From the NCBI GenBank assembly GCA_965198005.1, contig CBDAOI010000004.1:1792001-1856000 (forward strand): a stretch of DNA of 64,000 bases, written 5' to 3'. The notes below the pieces were generated by a model. That model was not told where the DNA came from and made no database searches. It worked only from the letters and a program-made list of their open reading frames with translations. Positions 47,991 to 58,101 of this stretch are shown one piece after another (position 1 is the stretch's first letter; each line of letters opens with the position of its first letter). Origin of the DNA: Spirochaetia bacterium (lineage in GTDB: Bacteria > Spirochaetota > Spirochaetia > SZUA-6 > Bin103). The position numbers and the translations under genes are program-made.

Positions 47991-50560
47991 CAATCGGCGA
48001 CCGCCGGCTCCTGCTCGAGCGCCGCCAGGAACTGGCGCTGCCGCTCCAGACGCCGCGGGCGGTCGGCCGCGAATCGTTTCACCCCTTCGCAGATCGAGTC
48101 GGCGTCCAGGCGCGCCTCGGCGATCACGTCGCCTTCGGTCCCGCCGGTGAGCCACCGCTCGTGCCAGTCCGAGGTGAGCGAGTACTCGCTCGTCAGGGGC
48201 CCCGGGTCGCGGATCGGCCACACGCGCCGGGTGCCGGTGCTCACCACCATCAGGTCGGCGCGCGCCTCCGGCGGCAGCACCGCGTCGCGGTAGGCCGCCG
48301 GCTGCCGGTCGAACAGCTCCTCGCTGATCGCGGCCACCACCTTCACGTTCACGCCCGCCTCCTCCAGGCGGGGCAGCGCCTGCACCAGGTTGAAGGTGGA
48401 GCTGGACCCTTGCACCAGCACGTAGCCGTCGCGCGGCTTGCCCGCGGCGAAGTCGCGGATCACGTAGAAGCCCTTGGCGGCCGCGTACAGGTCGCTGTCG
48501 CCGAACGAGGCACGGTCCGCCACCGGGAAGTCGGGGCGCGCCACCTCGATCACGATGACTCCGACCTGCGCCTCGCGGGCGGCGATCTCGGCGGCGGCGA
48601 AGTAGCCGGGCGCCACGTCGTTGTAGTCCCAGAAGCTCAGGCCGATCACCTGGCCGCGCGGAAACAGGCGCCACACCTGCGGCGCGAAGATGCCGAAGTG
48701 GGTGCGCGCGTCGGCCGCGGTCTCGGGGCCGGAGTGGCCGGCGAGGATGTGCAGGACCCCGACCCGGAATGGGCTGTCCTGGTTCTGCTGGCTCCACACG
48801 CGCGCCGGCAGGTACATCAGCGGCGTGAACGCGCCGTAGCTGCCGCTCAACGCCCACACGCCGGCGTGCACCGCGGGGTCAGGCGAGGCGCTCTGTCCCA
48901 CCAGGCCGATCGCGGTGAGGGTGTTGCACGCCTCCTGGATCGCCGCCTTGAAGCGCGTGCCCGCCGGATTGGTGACCGGATCGTAGTGGCCGGTGAGCGA
49001 GCCCAGCTCGACGTTGATCGAGCTCGACAGGTCGGCCGCCACCGTAATGAAGCGGTTGTCGGTGACGTGGTTGACCCACTTGATCACTTCCGAGATCGCC
49101 CGCCGGGTGCCGGCCAGCTTGCCGGGTTGCTCGAACAGCGTCACCGTGGCCTCGCCCGCGCCGCCCGGGGTGGCGACGACGCACGGCTCGGTGGGCAGGT
49201 TGGCCACCCGCAGCCGCTCGTCCTGGAACGGGTCACGGGTCACGTCGATGCGCAGCGGCAGCTCGCGCGGGACGGTGTCCGCAATCGCCAGCAGCCGATC
49301 CGCCAGCCAGTCGCCGAGGCCGTCCCGGTCCAGCACCGACATCGCCACGTCGATGTTGGTCATGAACTGGATCAACCGCTCGCGCGGATCGCTCACCGCG
49401 CCGTCGCGGATCCCCGCGAACCGCACGCCGAAGCGCTGCTCGAAGGTCTCGGCCAGCGCCACGAAGTAGGGGACGTTCATCTTCATGTCGTACGGGTGGC
49501 TTTCGTAGCTCACCACCTGGTCGCCGAAACCGGGAATGGTGCCGTTCATGGCCGTCGGCCACCACCCCTTGGTGGTGCGGCCGACCATGATCATGGGCCG
49601 CCGGTCGGCGGGATCCCAGTTCTCCATGGTGTGCAGCGCGGCGAGGATGTCGTCGTAGTCGTTGCCGTGGGCCAGGGAGAGCACGTTCCAGCCGTAGGCC
49701 GACCACTGGTCTTCGATCACGTAGGCGTCGATGGCGGCCGGCACCACCCCGTCCAGCAGCCGATCGTCGATGCCGGCGTTGTTGAACGAGAGCAGGATGC
49801 GCAGCCGCTTGCCCACCTGCTGCGCCACCGCCTGGGTCTTGAGTTCCTGGGCGTGGCCGGCGGTCATCGCGAACTCGCCTTCGAGCGCCATCACCTTGAG
49901 CGACGGCGGCGCGCCGGCGAAGTCCCAGAACGCCGCCTTGCCGGCGGAGGTGCCGATGCCGATGCCGGAGGGACCGCCGTTGACGTCGTTGGTGAGGTCG
50001 GTGGTCTCGGCGTGGCCGGCCAGGGCGCGGATGCCGCGCAGCTTGGCCTGCGCGAACCGCGGATGATCGGACAGCCCGTGGTCGGCCAGCAGCGTGGCCA
50101 GCGGGCCGGCGCCGCGGCGAAAGCCGAGCGCGTCGATCGGCAGCAGCGCGACGTCGGGATTGACGTGGTACCGGTCGTCGCCGGTGGCGGCATGGCGGCG
50201 CGCGAGCGCTTCGCCCATGATCATCCACAGCGCGTAGGCGGTGGGGATGTTGTGCCCGCCGGCCAGCAGGAAGCGGTCGGCGTACGGGTGCTTGGGACGG
50301 CGATAGTCGTAGCGCAGGCCGCCGGCGTCGGGGCCGGCCAGGTGCAGCGCCACGTTGTAGGGGGTGTAGGCGAGCGGCCCGCCGAAGTGGCCGGTCTGGG
50401 CGTAGTTGCCCAGTAGGGTGAGCGTCATCGCGGTGAGAAACCCGACTTGCTCGAAGCGGTCACCGTCGTAGTCGGGAATCGGGACGGCGCGCTCGGATGG
50501 CGTGTGCGGGGCTCCGCGTTCGCGGATGCCGACGGCTGAGGTTCCATTTGACCCTGACAA
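47990..50560 (-). CDS. Transketolase-like protein
   Basis: TGHFGG, LAGGH, LAGH, GHSGPETAADARTH; TTG start with GAGGAG RBS. Confidence 0.8.
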   Translation of the reverse strand: MSGSNGTSAVGIRERGAPHTPSERAVPIPDYDGDRFEQVGFLTAMTLTLLGNYAQTGHFGGPLAYTPYNVALHLAGPDAGGLRYDYRRPKHPYADRFLLAGGHNIPTAYALWMIMGEALARRHAATGDDRYHVNPDVALLPIDALGFRRGAGPLATLLADHGLSDHPRFAQAKLRGIRALAGHAETTDLTNDVNGGPSGIGIGTSAGKAAFWDFAGAPPSLKVMALEGEFAMTAGHAQELKTQAVAQQVGKRLRILLSFNNAGIDDRLLDGVVPAAIDAYVIEDQWSAYGWNVLSLAHGNDYDDILAALHTMENWDPADRRPMIMVGRTTKGWWPTAMNGTIPGFGDQVVSYESHPYDMKMNVPYFVALAETFEQRFGVRFAGIRDGAVSDPRERLIQFMTNIDVAMSVLDRDGLGDWLADRLLAIADTVPRELPLRIDVTRDPFQDERLRVANLPTEPCVVATPGGAGEATVTLFEQPGKLAGTRRAISEVIKWVNHVTDNRFITVAADLSSSINVELGSLTGHYDPVTNPAGTRFKAAIQEACNTLTAIGLVGQSASPDPAVHAGVWALSGSYGAFTPLMYLPARVWSQQNQDSPFRVGVLHILAGHSGPETAADARTHFGIFAPQVWRLFPRGQVIGLSFWDYNDVAPGYFAAAEIAAREAQVGVIVIEVARPDFPVADRASFGDSDLYAAAKGFYVIRDFAAGKPRDGYVLVQGSSSTFNLVQALPRLEEAGVNVKVVAAISEELFDRQPAAYRDAVLPPEARADLMVVSTGTRRVWPIRDPGPLTSEYSLTSDWHERWLTGGTEGDVIAEARLDADSICEGVKRFAADRPRRLERQRQFLAALEQEPAVAD

Positions 50561-50732
50561 AGTTCGTGCTCCTCGGATGGGTTTCTCATCCCGGCTCGCT
50601 GTCTCGCCGCGCAGGCTGCGCCCGCGGCCGCCACGCGCGGCCCGGCGGAGAGCGGTGGCGCAACAGAGAGCTGGGCGAACCGCAGATTGCCCCTGCACTA
50701 TAGGGCGTCTGCGACCGCCCATCAAGAGGCGG

Positions 50733-50781
50733 TGCTCCCGCGCTCCCGCGCTCCCGCGTTCCGGCGCTCCGGCGCTCCGGC
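50733..50781. repeat. 8-bp tandem repeat (gctcc(c/g)gc), ~6 units
   Basis: Seen directly downstream of the SMP-30 stop codon. Confidence 0.8.
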
Positions 50782-50785
50782 AGAG

Positions 50786-51757
50786 CTACGGGGTCTGGGC
50801 GCCGCGGGTCTCCAGGTACAGCGCGTACAGCGACTGGCTGGCGGCCATGAACAGACGGTTCTTGTGGCGCCCGCCGAAGCACAGATTGGCACAGATCTCC
50901 GGCAGGTGGATACGGCCGAGCAGCTCGCCCTCGGGGGAGTAGCAGTGGACGCCGTTGAAGCCGCGATCGCCGTTGACGACCGCCCACAGGTTGGCGAACT
51001 GGTCGGTGCGAATGCCGTCGGAACCACCCGGATCCAGGTCCGCGAACACCCGCTGCCCGTGCGCGCGGCCGTCGGCCACGTCGTAGGCGTAGATCACGCG
51101 CGGGCAGTCGGGCCGGTGCGAGCGGCCGGTCTCGACCACGTACAGGCGCCGGTAGTCGGGGGAGAAGCAGAGGCCGTTGGGGGCGGTCATGTCGTCCACC
51201 GCCACCGTGAGCGCGCCGCCGGCCGGGTCGAGGCGGTACACGTAGCACGGCAGCTCGAACTCGGCCCAGTGGCCTTCGTACAGTTTGATGATGCCGTAGC
51301 CGGGATCGGTAAACCAGATCGAGCCGTCGGGATGGGTGCAGACGTCGTTGGGAGCGTTCAGCCGCTTGCCGTCGAAGCGGTCGGCGAGCACGGTGATCGT
51401 GCCGTCGTGCTCGGTGCGGGTGACCCGGCGTGAGCCGTGCTCGCACGTGAGCAGCCGCCCCTGAGCGTCGCGGTAGTTGCCGTTGGGGTTGTTGGCCGGC
51501 CGGCGGAAGTCGGTGACCGCGCCGCCGGCGGCGTCGTAGCGCAGAATCCGGTCGTTGGGGATGTCGCTGAGCAGCAGGCAGTCGTGGTCGCCGAACCAGA
51601 CCGGTCCCTCGGCCCAGCGCATGCCGGTGAACAGGCGTTCGACGGCGGCGTTGAACAGCGTGAGCTTGGCGAAGCGCGGGTCGTGCGCCTCGATGGCGGG
51701 GTCGGGGTAGCATAAGACATCGTTCCAGTTACGGCCGGCAATGCGAGAGTCGGGCAT
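50786..51757 (-). CDS. SMP-30/gluconolactonase family protein
   Basis: WAEGPVW, LNAPND, WFTDPGYG, PNGLCFSPD, DGIRTD. Confidence 0.93.
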   Translation of the reverse strand: MPDSRIAGRNWNDVLCYPDPAIEAHDPRFAKLTLFNAAVERLFTGMRWAEGPVWFGDHDCLLLSDIPNDRILRYDAAGGAVTDFRRPANNPNGNYRDAQGRLLTCEHGSRRVTRTEHDGTITVLADRFDGKRLNAPNDVCTHPDGSIWFTDPGYGIIKLYEGHWAEFELPCYVYRLDPAGGALTVAVDDMTAPNGLCFSPDYRRLYVVETGRSHRPDCPRVIYAYDVADGRAHGQRVFADLDPGGSDGIRTDQFANLWAVVNGDRGFNGVHCYSPEGELLGRIHLPEICANLCFGGRHKNRLFMAASQSLYALYLETRGAQTP

Positions 51758-51813
51758 GGCCGGGAATATACCACGACTCGGCTGCGGTGGAAGGGCCGGG
51801 TGGGGCCGGGCGG

Positions 51814-52347
51814 CTACGACAGGCGGCGCAGTTGTTCGAGGATCGTGCCGGCCGCGGCGCGGTCGCTGATGCGGCTGCCGACATGCGACCAGCGCACGAA
51901 CCCGGTGCCGTCGACCACGAAGGTGGCGGGTGCGGCCAAGCCGTCACCGAGCAAGTCGTACACGCCGTAGTCGCGCACCACCTCGGCTTCGGGATCGTAC
52001 AGGACCAGGAACGGGATCCCGGCGCGGCTGACGATTCTCTCAGCACCGGCGAGGTTGTCAGTGCTGATCGCGATCACCTCTGCGCCCAACTCCCGAATCG
52101 CCGCGTAGTGTTCTCCCAGCTCGACGAGCTGGCGCCGGCAGTACGTTCACCAGAACGCCCGGTAGAACACGAGCACCACCGGACCCTGCTCCAGGGCTGC
52201 GCTCAGCGCATGGGTCTCGCCGTCGGTGCCGGGCAGGCTGAACTCCGGCGCATTTTCTCCCACTGCGGGGGTGGTTGCCCCGAGGGACGCGGGTATGGCC
52301 GCCACAATCACGAGCACCGTAAGCCCTATTGCCGTCAACCTGAACAT
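51814..52347 (-). CDS. AhpC/TSA peroxiredoxin-like protein with in-frame UGA (probable selenocysteine, UxxC)
   Basis: VLVFYRAFW-UGA-TYCRRQL..VIAISTD..PATFVVD form one frame; hairpin 3' of the UGA. Confidence 0.85.
52116..52132 (-). promoter_or_regulatory. Candidate bacterial SECIS hairpin
   Basis: CCAGCUC-GUC-GAGCUGG, starting 14 nt after the UGA. Confidence 0.6.
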
Positions 52348-52408
52348 CTACCACTCAGTGTACGGGGGTCCGGGCATCTCGGCAAGTGCGGCAAGTGCGG
52401 TCAACGAG

Positions 52409-53662
52409 CTAATCGTCGCCGGCGTCCGGGCGGCTGGGGGCGTGGTTGCCGTCGCCGGCGAGCGCGGCCAGCGTGGCCTGCCGGGTGAGGATGCCGAGGA
52501 AGCGGCCCTGCTCGCCGAGCACCGCGATCGGCGCCTGATTGTCGGCCGCCAGCGCCAGCAGCTCGTCCAGGTACCGGTGCCGGTGGGTGGTCGGCGCGCT
52601 GGTGCGCACGATCCGGTCCAGGTCGGCGTCGCCGCGTTCGACCGCGGCGGGCAGGTCGTCGACGTGGATGAAGCCCCGGTAGCGGCGCTCCCCGTCGGTC
52701 ACGAACCCGAACGTGCGGCGCGCGTCGCGCAACGTCGCCAGAGCGCTGTGCGGCGCGGTCCGGATCGGCAGCGGGGTGACGCGATCCATCACCACGCCGG
52801 CGCTCAGCACCCGCCCGCGGTTGACGTCGCGCACGAACTCTTGCACGTAGTCGTCGGCCGGGTTGGTGATGATGTCGACCGGGGTGCCGACCTGAATCAC
52901 CTTGCCGTCCTTGAGGATGGCGATGCGATCGCCCAGCCGCAACGCCTCGTCCAGGTCGTGGGTGATAAACACGATGGTCTTGTTCAGGTCGCGCTGCAGC
53001 CGGATCAGCTCATCCTGCATGTCCCGCCGAATCAGCGGATCGAGCGCGCTGAACGGCTCGTCCATCAGCAGAATATCGGGATCGGTGCACAGCGCCCGGG
53101 CCAGACCGACCCGCTGCTGCATGCCCCCCGATAGCTGGTTCGGCCGCATCTCCTCGTACCCCTGCAGCCCCACCACCTCGATCCACCGGTTGGCCCGCTC
53201 GACCTGCTCCTCCTTTGACACCCCCTGCACGTTCAGGCCGTAGGCGACGTTCTGGACCACGTTGCGGTGTGGGAGCAACCCGAAGCGCTGGAACACCATG
53301 CTCATCTTGGTGCGCCGCAGCGCCTTGATCTCCCCCGGGCCAAGCTCGACGATGTTCGCGCCGTCGACCAGTACCTGGCCCGCGGTGGGGTCGATCAGCC
53401 GGTTCACGCAGCGCACGAAGGTGGACTTGCCGCTGCCCGACAGGCCCATCACCACGAAGGTTTCGGCGCCCTTGATCTGCAGGTTGACGTCATGCAGCCC
53501 GACCGTGTGGCCGGTGTCGGCGAGAATCTGCTCCTTGCTGGTGCCCGCCTCGACCTGCGCCATCACTTCCTGCGGGCGCGGACCGAAGATCTTGTACAGG
53601 TGCGTTACTTCGATGTCGCTTGGAGAGCCGTTCTCGCTGTCGAGCGCGCCGGCGTCACCCAT
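52409..53662 (-). CDS. proV: Glycine betaine/proline ABC transporter ATP-binding protein
   Basis: GLSGSGKS, LSGGMQQR, MDEPFSALDP, CBS pair. Confidence 0.93.
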   Translation of the reverse strand: MGDAGALDSENGSPSDIEVTHLYKIFGPRPQEVMAQVEAGTSKEQILADTGHTVGLHDVNLQIKGAETFVVMGLSGSGKSTFVRCVNRLIDPTAGQVLVDGANIVELGPGEIKALRRTKMSMVFQRFGLLPHRNVVQNVAYGLNVQGVSKEEQVERANRWIEVVGLQGYEEMRPNQLSGGMQQRVGLARALCTDPDILLMDEPFSALDPLIRRDMQDELIRLQRDLNKTIVFITHDLDEALRLGDRIAILKDGKVIQVGTPVDIITNPADDYVQEFVRDVNRGRVLSAGVVMDRVTPLPIRTAPHSALATLRDARRTFGFVTDGERRYRGFIHVDDLPAAVERGDADLDRIVRTSAPTTHRHRYLDELLALAADNQAPIAVLGEQGRFLGILTRQATLAALAGDGNHAPSRPDAGDD

Positions 53663-53666
53663 ATCG

Positions 53667-54578
53667 CTACGCCTTGGTCGTTTGCGTGGGGTCGAGACGG
53701 CCCCCGACCGCGGTCGTAATGCGATCGAAGATCACCGCCAGCGCCACAATCGCCAAGCCCGCTTCCAGGCCCATGCCGACGTCGGCGTTCTGCAGCCCGC
53801 GCAGCACCTGCCGCCCGAGGCCGCGTGCGCCGATCATCGAGGTGATCACCACCATCGACAGCGCCATCATGATGGTCTGGTTGACCCCGGCCATGATGTT
53901 GGGCATCGCCAATGGCATGCGCACGCCCCACAGGATCTGGCGTCCGGTAGCACCGAATGCATCCGCCGCTTCCACCGTGTCGCGGTCCACCAGACGAATG
54001 CCCAGGTTGGTGAGCCGAATGATCGGCGGCACGGCGAACACGAAAATCGCAAACGTTGCGGCCACGTTACCGAGACCGAAGAAGAAGATGAACGGGATCA
54101 GATAGACGAACGGTGGCACGGTCTGCATGGCGTCGAGGATTGGGTTGATCAGCGCGCGCACCAACCGGGTGGTGGCCATCAGAATGCCGATGGGGATGCC
54201 GACGATGACGGTGAGACCAGTCGCGATGAACAACATCGCCAGGGTCCGCATGGTGTCGGTCCAGAGGTCCATCATGCCGATGACCAGCAGCGCGGCAGCG
54301 AGCCCCAGCGCCAGTATCCGGTTGCGCGACGCCTGCCACGCGACCAGGCAGATGGCGGCGATCACCAGCCACCACGGCAGCCACAGCAGCGACAGCTCCA
54401 CTTGGCGCAGCACCACCAGCATGAAGCCGCTGAGCGAGTCGAATGCTCTGCCGAAGTTCCCGACCAGGAACTTCAGCGCGCTATTCGTCCACTCCCGGAG
54501 CGGGATCCGGCAGCCTTCCGGGAACGTGCTGAAGATCCGATCGAAACTGCCGGTGCACTCCTGCAACCAGTTTCCCAT
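53667..54578 (-). CDS. proW: Glycine betaine/proline ABC transporter permease
   Basis: LDAMQT.P.FVYLIP, EAADAFG, AGVNQTIM. Confidence 0.93.
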   Translation of the reverse strand: MGNWLQECTGSFDRIFSTFPEGCRIPLREWTNSALKFLVGNFGRAFDSLSGFMLVVLRQVELSLLWLPWWLVIAAICLVAWQASRNRILALGLAAALLVIGMMDLWTDTMRTLAMLFIATGLTVIVGIPIGILMATTRLVRALINPILDAMQTVPPFVYLIPFIFFFGLGNVAATFAIFVFAVPPIIRLTNLGIRLVDRDTVEAADAFGATGRQILWGVRMPLAMPNIMAGVNQTIMMALSMVVITSMIGARGLGRQVLRGLQNADVGMGLEAGLAIVALAVIFDRITTAVGGRLDPTQTTKA

Positions 54579-54606
54579 TACTCGAAGCTCTCGACTCCGC
54601 GACAGA

Positions 54607-54638
54607 GCGGAGCGGGGGATCCGTGGCCCCCGCTCCGC
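54607..54638. terminator. 12-bp GC stem-loop between proX and proW
   Basis: gcggagcggggg/cccccgctccgc. Confidence 0.55.
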
Positions 54639-54672
54639 ATCATGCGGCGATCAGGTCGACTCCGCTCCGCTG

Positions 54673-55755
54673 CTAGTTGAGCGCCGCCTGAATGCGGCCC
54701 GCTACTTCGTCGGACACCCAGGCCATCCACACGCCCGACTCCGCTTTCAAGAAGTCGCGGGCGACCTCAGCCCATTCCGCGTCGTTGGTGCTCTGGTGGG
54801 CCAGATACGCGCTGACCAGCATTTGATCCATCTCGTAGGCGCGGAGGAACGCGATCATCTCTTCCGAGGCGCCCTCGGCGAACGCGTTGCTTACCGCGAC
54901 GTTGACCACCGACGGCTGAAACGCGCAGCCGCGGTCGCCGTCCCAACACTCCTGGGACCACGCGGGCTCTTCGAGCTGGATCATTTCGTAGAGGCCAAGC
55001 AGTGTGGTGGGACCCCAGTAGTAGCCAAGCCACGCATCACCTTTCTGATAGGCACCGGCAATCGACGCATCCAGCGCGGGAGCCGCGCCCGGGCGAAAGT
55101 TGGTGAAGTGATCCTCCAGGCCATACGCCGCCATCTTCTTGTTGTTGGTCAACTCGCATTGCCAACCGATGATGCAGTTGTAGTAGCGGCCCATGTCCGG
55201 CTGCTCCGGGTCCTTGAACACTTCCGCGTAGCGTGCCAAATCGGCCACCGACTTCAGATCCGGCGCCATCGGCTCGATACCGCGTTCGGGGTCTCCCTCG
55301 ATCACGTAGCGCGGCACCAGAAACGACATCTCGGCGGCGTTCATGTTCAAGCCCAAGTCGAGCACGTCGCCCGCGTCGGCGGCTTCATGGTAGAGATCGG
55401 GGGCGGTGTTGAACCAGATCTCCATGTTGATGTCGACGTCGCCGCGTACCAGTCCCTGGACCATCGGGATGGTCGATCCGGGGATATCCGTATACTCGCA
55501 ACCGAAACCCGCCTGCAGAATCTGCCCGGCGATGTGGTTGTGGAGCGAAGCGCTTGCCCAGTCGAGGCCGGCAAACACCAGCTCCCGGTCGATCCCGTTG
55601 CAGTCGGGGCCGTCCGCCATGTCTCCCTTTTCCCTTGCGGGTTCGGCGACCGCGACCTGGGCAGCGAGCGCCAGAGCGACCGCGCAGGTCAGAAACTTGA
55701 TGAAAACCCCTGTACGAAACCTGTGGCCTGAGGCCAGATTCTTGAAAATACACAT
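54673..55755 (-). CDS. proX: Glycine betaine/proline ABC transporter substrate-binding protein (start approximate)
   Basis: LDWAS, GDVDINMEIW, GYYWGPT; signal peptide. Confidence 0.9.
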   Translation of the reverse strand: MCIFKNLASGHRFRTGVFIKFLTCAVALALAAQVAVAEPAREKGDMADGPDCNGIDRELVFAGLDWASASLHNHIAGQILQAGFGCEYTDIPGSTIPMVQGLVRGDVDINMEIWFNTAPDLYHEAADAGDVLDLGLNMNAAEMSFLVPRYVIEGDPERGIEPMAPDLKSVADLARYAEVFKDPEQPDMGRYYNCIIGWQCELTNNKKMAAYGLEDHFTNFRPGAAPALDASIAGAYQKGDAWLGYYWGPTTLLGLYEMIQLEEPAWSQECWDGDRGCAFQPSVVNVAVSNAFAEGASEEMIAFLRAYEMDQMLVSAYLAHQSTNDAEWAEVARDFLKAESGVWMAWVSDEVAGRIQAALN

Positions 55756-55933
55756 AGACCAACAAGTATATCACAGTCGAAAGTGGGGTGTCAAGCCGGT
55801 CGAGGAGGCCAAGGAGGCCATTTGGAGGCTGCAGGAGGCCGCAGGGCCGCATGCACCCGAAATAATGTGGGCGGGGCCATTGCGCCGCCGCCGCCGGCTC
55901 GGTTACCCTGGACTGGCCGGATCGATCTGCCGC

Positions 55934-57298
55934 ATGCCTGTAACCATCTCACACCCTTCGGCGCCGGACCGCTTTGCGGTGCTGGTGCGCAACACGCTGT
56001 TCGATACGCTGCCCGCGGAGGAGCAGGCGTTGCTGCGCGACCTGCACGCGCGCTACCGGCTCACCGTACAGGAGATGCGGTTGCTGTGCGAGGCCGCGCG
56101 CGACCTGGAGCAGTGGCGCGAACCGGGGCTGGCCGCTTGGTGGCGGACGGCGGAGGGGGCGCCGGAGGTTGCCGGAGCGCCCGTGGGGGGGCCGCGCGAA
56201 GGTCGGGCGCCTGCCGGGCGCGCGCCGGTCGGGCGGGAGCGCAAGCGCCGGTTGCTGCGGCGCCTGCACGAGCACGTGGCCGGTTTGCGGACGGCCGCTA
56301 CGGTCTATCCGGCCGCCACGCCGCCGGCGCCCGCGCGGCCGCCGCTGCACTTCGCGCCGGGCGACCCGGACGCGGCGGTGTTCGGCGACTGTCCGGTCCG
56401 CTCCGAGCGCACGCTGTGCTGCAATCTCAGGACCATCGACGCGGTGCAGAACTGTGCCTACGGCTGCAGCTACTGCACCATCCAGACCTTCTACGGCGAC
56501 CGGGTGGCGGTGGACCCCGATCTGGGCGCCAAGCTGCGCCGGCTGGAGCTGGAGCCGGGGCGTTTCTATCACGTCGGTTCGGGGCAGTCCTCCGACTCGC
56601 TGGTGTGGGGCAACCGCGGCGGCATTCTGGATCACCTGTGCGCGTTCGCCGCCGCCCACCCCGACGTGCTGCTGGAGCTCAAGACCAAGTCCGCCAACGT
56701 CACCTACCTGCTGGAGCATCCGGTGCCGGCCAACGTCGTGTGCAGTTGGTCGCTCAACACGGCGCCGGTGATCGCGCACGAGGAACACTTCACCGCGCCC
56801 CTGGAGCAGCGGCTGCAGGCGGCGCGCCGGGTCGCGGACCGGGGGATCAAGGTGGCGTTCCACTTCCATCCCATGGTGCACTACGCCGGGTGGGAGGCCG
56901 ACTACCCGGCGCTGGCGCGGCGCATTCAGGCGGAATTCGATCCGGCCGAGGTGCTGTTCGTGTCGCTCGGATCGGTCACCTTCATCAAGCCGGTGATCCG
57001 GCAGATCCGGCGGCGCGGCGAGCCGACGCGGATCCTGCAGACCGAGCTGGTGAAGGACCCGCACGGCAAGCTGACCTATCCCGACGACCTGAAGGTGGCG
57101 ATGTTCCACACCATGTATCGGGCACTGGCGCCCTGGCACGGGCGCGTGTTCCTGTACCTGTGCATGGAGAAGGCCGAGCTCTGGGACCGCGCCTTCGGCT
57201 GGCGGTTCGCCTCGAACGAGCACTTCGAGCGCGCCTTCGCCGCGGGCACGCTGTACCGGCGGGCGAGCCTGCCGGCCGCGGCTGCGAGGGCCGGCTGA
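55934..57298 (+). CDS. Spore-photoproduct-lyase-like radical SAM protein
   Basis: CAYGCSYC (CxxxCxxC), GQSSDSL, LELKTKS, WSLN, FHFHP, YLCME. Confidence 0.85.
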   Translation: MPVTISHPSAPDRFAVLVRNTLFDTLPAEEQALLRDLHARYRLTVQEMRLLCEAARDLEQWREPGLAAWWRTAEGAPEVAGAPVGGPREGRAPAGRAPVGRERKRRLLRRLHEHVAGLRTAATVYPAATPPAPARPPLHFAPGDPDAAVFGDCPVRSERTLCCNLRTIDAVQNCAYGCSYCTIQTFYGDRVAVDPDLGAKLRRLELEPGRFYHVGSGQSSDSLVWGNRGGILDHLCAFAAAHPDVLLELKTKSANVTYLLEHPVPANVVCSWSLNTAPVIAHEEHFTAPLEQRLQAARRVADRGIKVAFHFHPMVHYAGWEADYPALARRIQAEFDPAEVLFVSLGSVTFIKPVIRQIRRRGEPTRILQTELVKDPHGKLTYPDDLKVAMFHTMYRALAPWHGRVFLYLCMEKAELWDRAFGWRFASNEHFERAFAAGTLYRRASLPAAAARAG

Positions 57299-57300
57299 GC

Positions 57301-58101
57301 ATGGACAAGCGCGCCTGCCTCGAGTCGATTGTGACTCACATGGGGAGCGTCGCGGTGGCGCTGTCCGGGGGGGTCGACAGCGGTCTGGTGGCCCGGGTGG
57401 CGCACGACTGCCTGGGCGACGGCGCGATCGCGCTTACCGCGGTCTCGCCGAGTCTGGCGGCGGCGGAGCAGCGCGCGGTGGCGGAGCTGGTGGCGCGGAT
57501 CGGCATTCGCCACCTCTTTCTGCGCAGCCGTGAGACCGAGGACCCGCGCTATCGCGCCAACGCGTCCGACCGCTGCTACTACTGCAAGACCAACGTCTAC
57601 CAGGAGTTGGTCGACTACGCCCACGGCGAGGGGTTCCGCCACCTGGCGGACGGCACCAACGCGGACGACGCCGGCGATCACCGCCCCGGCCGGCGCGCGG
57701 CGCACCAGCACGGGGTGCGCAGCCCGCTGCAGGAGGCGGGGTTCACCAAGGCCGACGTGCGCGCGCTGGCGCGGGAGCTGGGGCTGCCGATCTGGGACAA
57801 GCCGGCGGCGGCCTGTCTGGCGTCGCGGATTCCGTACGGCTCGACGGTGACGCCGGAGAAGCTGAGCCAGGTGGAGGCGGCGGAAGCGGTGCTGGCCGAG
57901 CTGGGGCTGCGCCAACTTCGCGTGCGCCATCACGGGCCGGTGGCGCGGCTGGAGGTGGAGCCGGAGGCGGTGCCGGTGGTGCTCGAGCATCGCCGGCTGA
58001 TCACGCAGCGGCTCAAGGCGCTGGGGTTCGTGTTCGTGGCGCTCGATCTGGATGGATTTCGCTCCGGCAGCATGAACGAGGCGCTGCGGAGTCATGGCTG
58101 A
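57301..58101 (+). CDS. larE: ATP-dependent sulfur transferase LarE
   Basis: SGGVDS, RCYYCK, DGTNADD, DHRPG, ACLASRIPYG. Confidence 0.93.
   Translation: MDKRACLESIVTHMGSVAVALSGGVDSGLVARVAHDCLGDGAIALTAVSPSLAAAEQRAVAELVARIGIRHLFLRSRETEDPRYRANASDRCYYCKTNVYQELVDYAHGEGFRHLADGTNADDAGDHRPGRRAAHQHGVRSPLQEAGFTKADVRALARELGLPIWDKPAAACLASRIPYGSTVTPEKLSQVEAAEAVLAELGLRQLRVRHHGPVARLEVEPEAVPVVLEHRRLITQRLKALGFVFVALDLDGFRSGSMNEALRSHG

Noticed and set aside
50733-50781. 8-bp tandem repeat as a phase-variation switch
   Set aside because: Intergenic and degenerate, with no identifiable promoter element spanning it.
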